A DNA stretch of 63,624 nucleotides, counting the filler. It is 5 parts of 5 records of this genome, joined end to end, with 100 filler letters (N's around TTAATTAATTAA, not from the genome) between each part and the next. Parts side by side here need not be neighbours in the genome. Positions count along the whole stretch, not along the records: positions 54,518 to 63,624 come from SRR22947725_536; 4 more parts are not named here. The stretch is one strand, 5' to 3'. Shown piece by piece: positions 59,991 to 63,624 of the stretch. A program made the position numbers and the translations under genes. Every line of letters begins with the position of its first letter. Position 1 is the stretch's first letter. The notes under the pieces are model-generated. The model saw only the letters and a program-made list of their open reading frames with translations, did not search any database and was not told where the DNA came from.

Positions 59991-61619
59991 ATGGATATTA
60001 ACTTCAATAAAAACGAAGACTTTAATAAACTTTTAATTTCAGATCTACGTAAACGTTTTGCTAAAGTGAAATTAGGTGGAGGTCAAGAACGTATTGACAA
60101 GCACCGTAAAAAGGGAAAAATGACAGCACGTGATAGAGTAGACTTTCTGTTAGATAAAAAAACAAAGTCAATTGAAATTGGTGCTTTTGCTGGAGACAAT
60201 ATGTATGAGGAACATGGTGGGTGTCCGTCTGGAGGAGTTGTGGTAAAAATTGGATACATAAATGGAAAACAATGTATTGTAGTAGCTAATGATGCAACGG
60301 TAAAAGCAGGAGCTTGGTTTCCAATCACTGGAAAAAAGAATTTACGCGCACAAGAAATATCTATTGAAAATAAAATTCCAATAATTTATTTAGTTGACTC
60401 AGCTGGTGTGTATTTACCTATGCAAGATGAAATTTTTCCAGATAAAGAACATTTTGGTCGCATATTTAGAAATAATGCCATTATGAGTAGCTTGGGAATT
60501 ACACAAATTTCTGCAATAATGGGAAGTTGTGTAGCTGGTGGTGCTTACTTACCAATTATGAGTGACGAATCTATTATTGTTGACAAAACTTCTAGTATTT
60601 ATTTAGCAGGGAGTTATTTAGTTAAAGCAGCAATTGGTGAAAGTATCGATAATGAAACTTTAGGAGGAGCAACAACACATTGTGAAATTTCTGGTGTAAC
60701 TGATTACAAGGCAAAAGATGACAAAGATGCGTTAGATAAAATAAAGCGCATAGTTGATAAAATTGGTGATTTTGAAAAAGCTGGTTTTAATAAAGTTAAA
60801 AGTCAAGATCCAAAAGATAATGAAGAAGATATTTTTGGAATTTTACCCAAAGAAAGAAACGCTCAGTATGATATGCTTGAAATTATCAAACGTTTGGTAG
60901 ATAAATCTGAGTTTGATCAATATAAAAAAGGTTATGGAAAAACTATTTTAACAGGTTATGCAAGAATAGATGGATGGGCAGTTGGTATTGTTGCAAATCA
61001 AAGAAAATTAGTAAAAACAAAAAATGGAGAAATGCAATTTGGAGGCGTTATTTATAATGACTCAGCAGATAAAGCAACCCGCTTTATTGCTAATTGCAAC
61101 CAAAAAAAAATACCCCTAGTTTTCTTGCAAGATGTAACTGGATTTATGGTTGGAAGTAAATCTGAACATAGTGGTATTATTAAAGATGGTGCAAAAATGG
61201 TAAATGCTGTGAGTAACTCTGTTGTACCGAAATTTACAGTTATTATTGGTAATTCATATGGAGCAGGTAATTATGCCATGTGTGGTAAAGCATATGATCC
61301 GAGATTAATTGTTGCTTGGCCAAGTGCTGAATTGGCGGTAATGAGTGGAAATTCTGCTGCAAAGGTATTATTACAAATTGAAACAGCATCACTAAAAAAA
61401 CAAGGAGAAAAAATTACAGAAGAAAAAGAAGCCGAATTATACGAACAAATAAAATCGCGATATGATAAGCAAATTTCTCCTTATTATTCAGCAGCAAGAA
61501 TTTGGACAGACGCAGTTATTAATCCTCTAGATACTAGAACTTGGATTTCTATGGGAATTGAAGCAGCTAATCATTCTCCTATTGAGAAACAATTTAATAT
61601 GGGGGTTTTACAGGTTTAA
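59991..61619 (+). CDS. Acyl-CoA carboxylase beta subunit (methylcrotonyl-CoA carboxylase-like)
   Basis: ANDATVKAG, LVDSAGVYLPMQDEIFPD, GSCVAGGAY, LGGA, QDVTGFMVG, SYGAGNYAMCG. Confidence 0.88.
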   Translation: MDINFNKNEDFNKLLISDLRKRFAKVKLGGGQERIDKHRKKGKMTARDRVDFLLDKKTKSIEIGAFAGDNMYEEHGGCPSGGVVVKIGYINGKQCIVVANDATVKAGAWFPITGKKNLRAQEISIENKIPIIYLVDSAGVYLPMQDEIFPDKEHFGRIFRNNAIMSSLGITQISAIMGSCVAGGAYLPIMSDESIIVDKTSSIYLAGSYLVKAAIGESIDNETLGGATTHCEISGVTDYKAKDDKDALDKIKRIVDKIGDFEKAGFNKVKSQDPKDNEEDIFGILPKERNAQYDMLEIIKRLVDKSEFDQYKKGYGKTILTGYARIDGWAVGIVANQRKLVKTKNGEMQFGGVIYNDSADKATRFIANCNQKKIPLVFLQDVTGFMVGSKSEHSGIIKDGAKMVNAVSNSVVPKFTVIIGNSYGAGNYAMCGKAYDPRLIVAWPSAELAVMSGNSAAKVLLQIETASLKKQGEKITEEKEAELYEQIKSRYDKQISPYYSAARIWTDAVINPLDTRTWISMGIEAANHSPIEKQFNMGVLQV

Positions 61620-61665
61620 TATCATTGTTTAAATAGTATATTTTATTAAAAAAACATGAAACTAA

Positions 61666-62484
61666 ATGAATAATTATAATAAAAATCAAGTTGAAAATCT
61701 TTCTAATTTTCATTTCTCATTTCTAAACTTAGAAGAAAAAAATAATGTCTTTAAGATTATTTTAAATAGACCAAACAAAAAAAATGCTTTACATCCTCAA
61801 ATGGTAAATGAAATTGCTTTTGCAATGCATTATGCTCATTTTAAAAAGTCTATTTGGGTAGTACTATTTGAAGCTAGAGGGACTGTGTTTTGTGCAGGGG
61901 CAGATTTAAATGCAATGTCTGGAGATATTGAACCAAACGATTCAACAATCCCTTTTCCAAATAAAGAGATTCTAATTGGTGAACTTTTTAATAAAATTTA
62001 CAAGCCCACAATTGCAGTAGTAAGTAAAGATGTATATGCTGGTGGGTTTTTAATACTTGCTGGTTGTTTATTTGTGATTGGAAATAATAAATTAAATTTT
62101 TCACTACCAGAAGTTAAAAGAGGTTTATTTCCAATGCAGGTAATGGCCAGTTTAATTAATATTATGCCAAAAAGAAAGGTATTAGATTGGTGTGTTAGAG
62201 GTTATAGTATCTCAGCAGCAGAGGCTCATGGTTTAGGTTTGCTTACTCATATTTGTAGCGAGGATAAAATTGAGTCGGTTACCAATAAATTAGTTGAGGA
62301 AATTAAAGAAAATTCACCAATGGCAATTAGTTTGGGCTTAGAAGCATATGATAATTTATATAATACTAATAATGAGCATGAATATTTATCTGAAATGTTA
62401 AATAAAATGCAACAAAATGATGATGCTAAGGAAGGTTTAAACGCTTTTAAAGAGAAAAGAATACCTAAGTGGACAGGCAATTAG
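61666..62484 (+). CDS. Enoyl-CoA hydratase/isomerase family
   Basis: LNRPNKKNAL, FCAGADL, AGG, LPEVKRGLFP, AFKEKRIPKW. Confidence 0.88.
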   Translation: MNNYNKNQVENLSNFHFSFLNLEEKNNVFKIILNRPNKKNALHPQMVNEIAFAMHYAHFKKSIWVVLFEARGTVFCAGADLNAMSGDIEPNDSTIPFPNKEILIGELFNKIYKPTIAVVSKDVYAGGFLILAGCLFVIGNNKLNFSLPEVKRGLFPMQVMASLINIMPKRKVLDWCVRGYSISAAEAHGLGLLTHICSEDKIESVTNKLVEEIKENSPMAISLGLEAYDNLYNTNNEHEYLSEMLNKMQQNDDAKEGLNAFKEKRIPKWTGN

Positions 62485-62507
62485 TCTATTGATTTTTAAG
62501 ATGAGTT

Positions 62508-63506
62508 ATGATAAATAAAAAAATGATTTTGGTTAATAGGCCAGTTGGTATCCCAGAAAAAAACACTTGGGACTATGAAGAAGAATCAATACCAGAAATA
62601 TTAGACGGTCAAATATTAATAAAACACCAATACATATCACTTGACCCAGCCATGAGAGGTTGGATAACCAACTCAAAGTCATATATACCACCAGTTGAAA
62701 TTGGTACGGTAATGAGAGCTGGTACAGTTGGTGAGGTTATTAAAGTAAAAAATAATACAAATTTTAAAGTTGGTGATTTTGTTTCAGGCTGGGGTGGTGT
62801 ACAAGAATATTCAATTTCTGATGGAAAAAATTACAATATTATAAAAGACAGGAATAATCCTATTTACAGATACTTAGGTGCATTAGGAATGCCAGGTATG
62901 ACCGCTTATTTTGGTATAATTAAAGAAGGAAAAATTAAAACTAGAGATATTGTGTTGGTCTCCGCTGCAGCTGGAGCTGTTGGCAGTCTAGTTGGACAAA
63001 TTGCTAAAATTAAAGGTTGTAGAGTAATTGGTATAGCTGGCGGTAGCGAGAAATGTAAATTTGTAAAAGAGCAGCTAGGTTTTGATGAGGTAATAGATTA
63101 CAAGAATGATAATATTTATTCTGCTTTAAAGAAGTATTGCCCAGAGGGAATAGATGTTTATTTTGATAATGTAGGAGGTCAAATTTTAGAGGCTGCATTA
63201 GCAAAGTTGAGAATGAATGCCAGGGTAATAGTATGTGGTGCAATTTCACAATACAATAACAAGTCTAAAATCAAAGGCCCTTCCAACTACCTCTCACTAT
63301 TAGTTAATAGAGCAACGATGAAAGGTATGGTCGTATTTGATTATAAAAATGACTATCCAATAGCAATAAAACAAATATCTGAATGGTTTAGTCAAGGAAA
63401 GTTAAAAAGTAATGAGAGTATTTTTAATGGTATTGATAATTTTTATGAAATATTCCTTAAACTATTTAACGGAAATAAACGCGGTAAACTAATTCTTAAA
63501 ATTTAA
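62508..63506 (+). CDS. NADP-dependent oxidoreductase (PTGR/CurA-like alkenal reductase)
   Basis: SLDPAMRGW, LGMPGMTAYFG, SAAAGAVGS, YFDNVGG, CGAISQYN. Confidence 0.9.
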   Translation: MINKKMILVNRPVGIPEKNTWDYEEESIPEILDGQILIKHQYISLDPAMRGWITNSKSYIPPVEIGTVMRAGTVGEVIKVKNNTNFKVGDFVSGWGGVQEYSISDGKNYNIIKDRNNPIYRYLGALGMPGMTAYFGIIKEGKIKTRDIVLVSAAAGAVGSLVGQIAKIKGCRVIGIAGGSEKCKFVKEQLGFDEVIDYKNDNIYSALKKYCPEGIDVYFDNVGGQILEAALAKLRMNARVIVCGAISQYNNKSKIKGPSNYLSLLVNRATMKGMVVFDYKNDYPIAIKQISEWFSQGKLKSNESIFNGIDNFYEIFLKLFNGNKRGKLILKI

Positions 63507-63515
63507 ATATTTATT

Positions 63516-63624
63516 ATGAGTAAACCATCATTCATTTGTGAGTTATCAATTCCTGTTATTGCAGCTCCGCTATTTTTAATTTCAGGACCAAAACTTGTAA
63601 TAGAATGTTGTAAAAATGGAATTG
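63516..63624 (+). CDS. Nitronate monooxygenase / NPD-like family protein, 3'-truncated (not in the ORF track)
   Basis: MSKPSFICELSIPVIAAPLFLISGPKLVIECCKNGI, a typical N-terminus of this family. Confidence 0.7.
   Translation, partial: MSKPSFICELSIPVIAAPLFLISGPKLVIECCKNGI

Noticed and set aside
36811-62484. HMG-CoA lyase, carboxylase beta subunit and enoyl-CoA hydratase as one leucine-catabolism cluster
   Set aside because: They are on different contigs. The pathway link is plausible but physical linkage is not shown.

Overview
This window is not one locus. It is five contigs joined by identical 100-nt artificial spacers (44 N + TTAATTAATTAA + 44 N) at 6512-6611, 17626-17725, 25667-25766 and 54418-54517. 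All contigs are AT-rich, gene-dense and resemble streamlined marine bacteria; taxonomy is inferred from gene content and signals only. Contig 1 (1-6511, Rhodobacteraceae-like): NMT1/THI5-type binding protein, rmuC, GST, ArsC/Spx-family protein, and a TctDE-like two-component system with a coupled solute-binding protein. Contig 2 (6612-17625, taxon unclear): a Wzx/Wzy surface-polysaccharide cluster. Contig 3 (17726-25666, SAR11/Pelagibacter-like): qor, ubiA, msbA-waaA-lpxK-lpxL, partial purD. Contig 4 (25767-54417, Flavobacteriia-like, with TAnnTTTG promoters): ccsBA, surA, guaB, a putative Fur-regulated porin/FMN-binding/membrane trio, HMG-CoA lyase, DUF3050, two sulfatases, an XRE-regulated operon and a Zrg-like ABC system. 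Contig 5 (54518-63624, Flavobacteriia-like): partial metG and acyl-CoA catabolic genes. The best candidate for an undescribed system is in contig 4. A sulfoquinovose-monooxygenase (SmoC/SquD)-like enzyme is tightly coupled to a GH13 alpha-glucosidase and a sodium:solute symporter, rather than the GH31/GH188 sulfoquinovosidase and ABC transporter of the characterised pathway. This suggests a Bacteroidota variant of sulfosugar desulfonation. I found no rRNA, tRNA, CRISPR array or mobile element. All family assignments come from motif recognition, not database searches.
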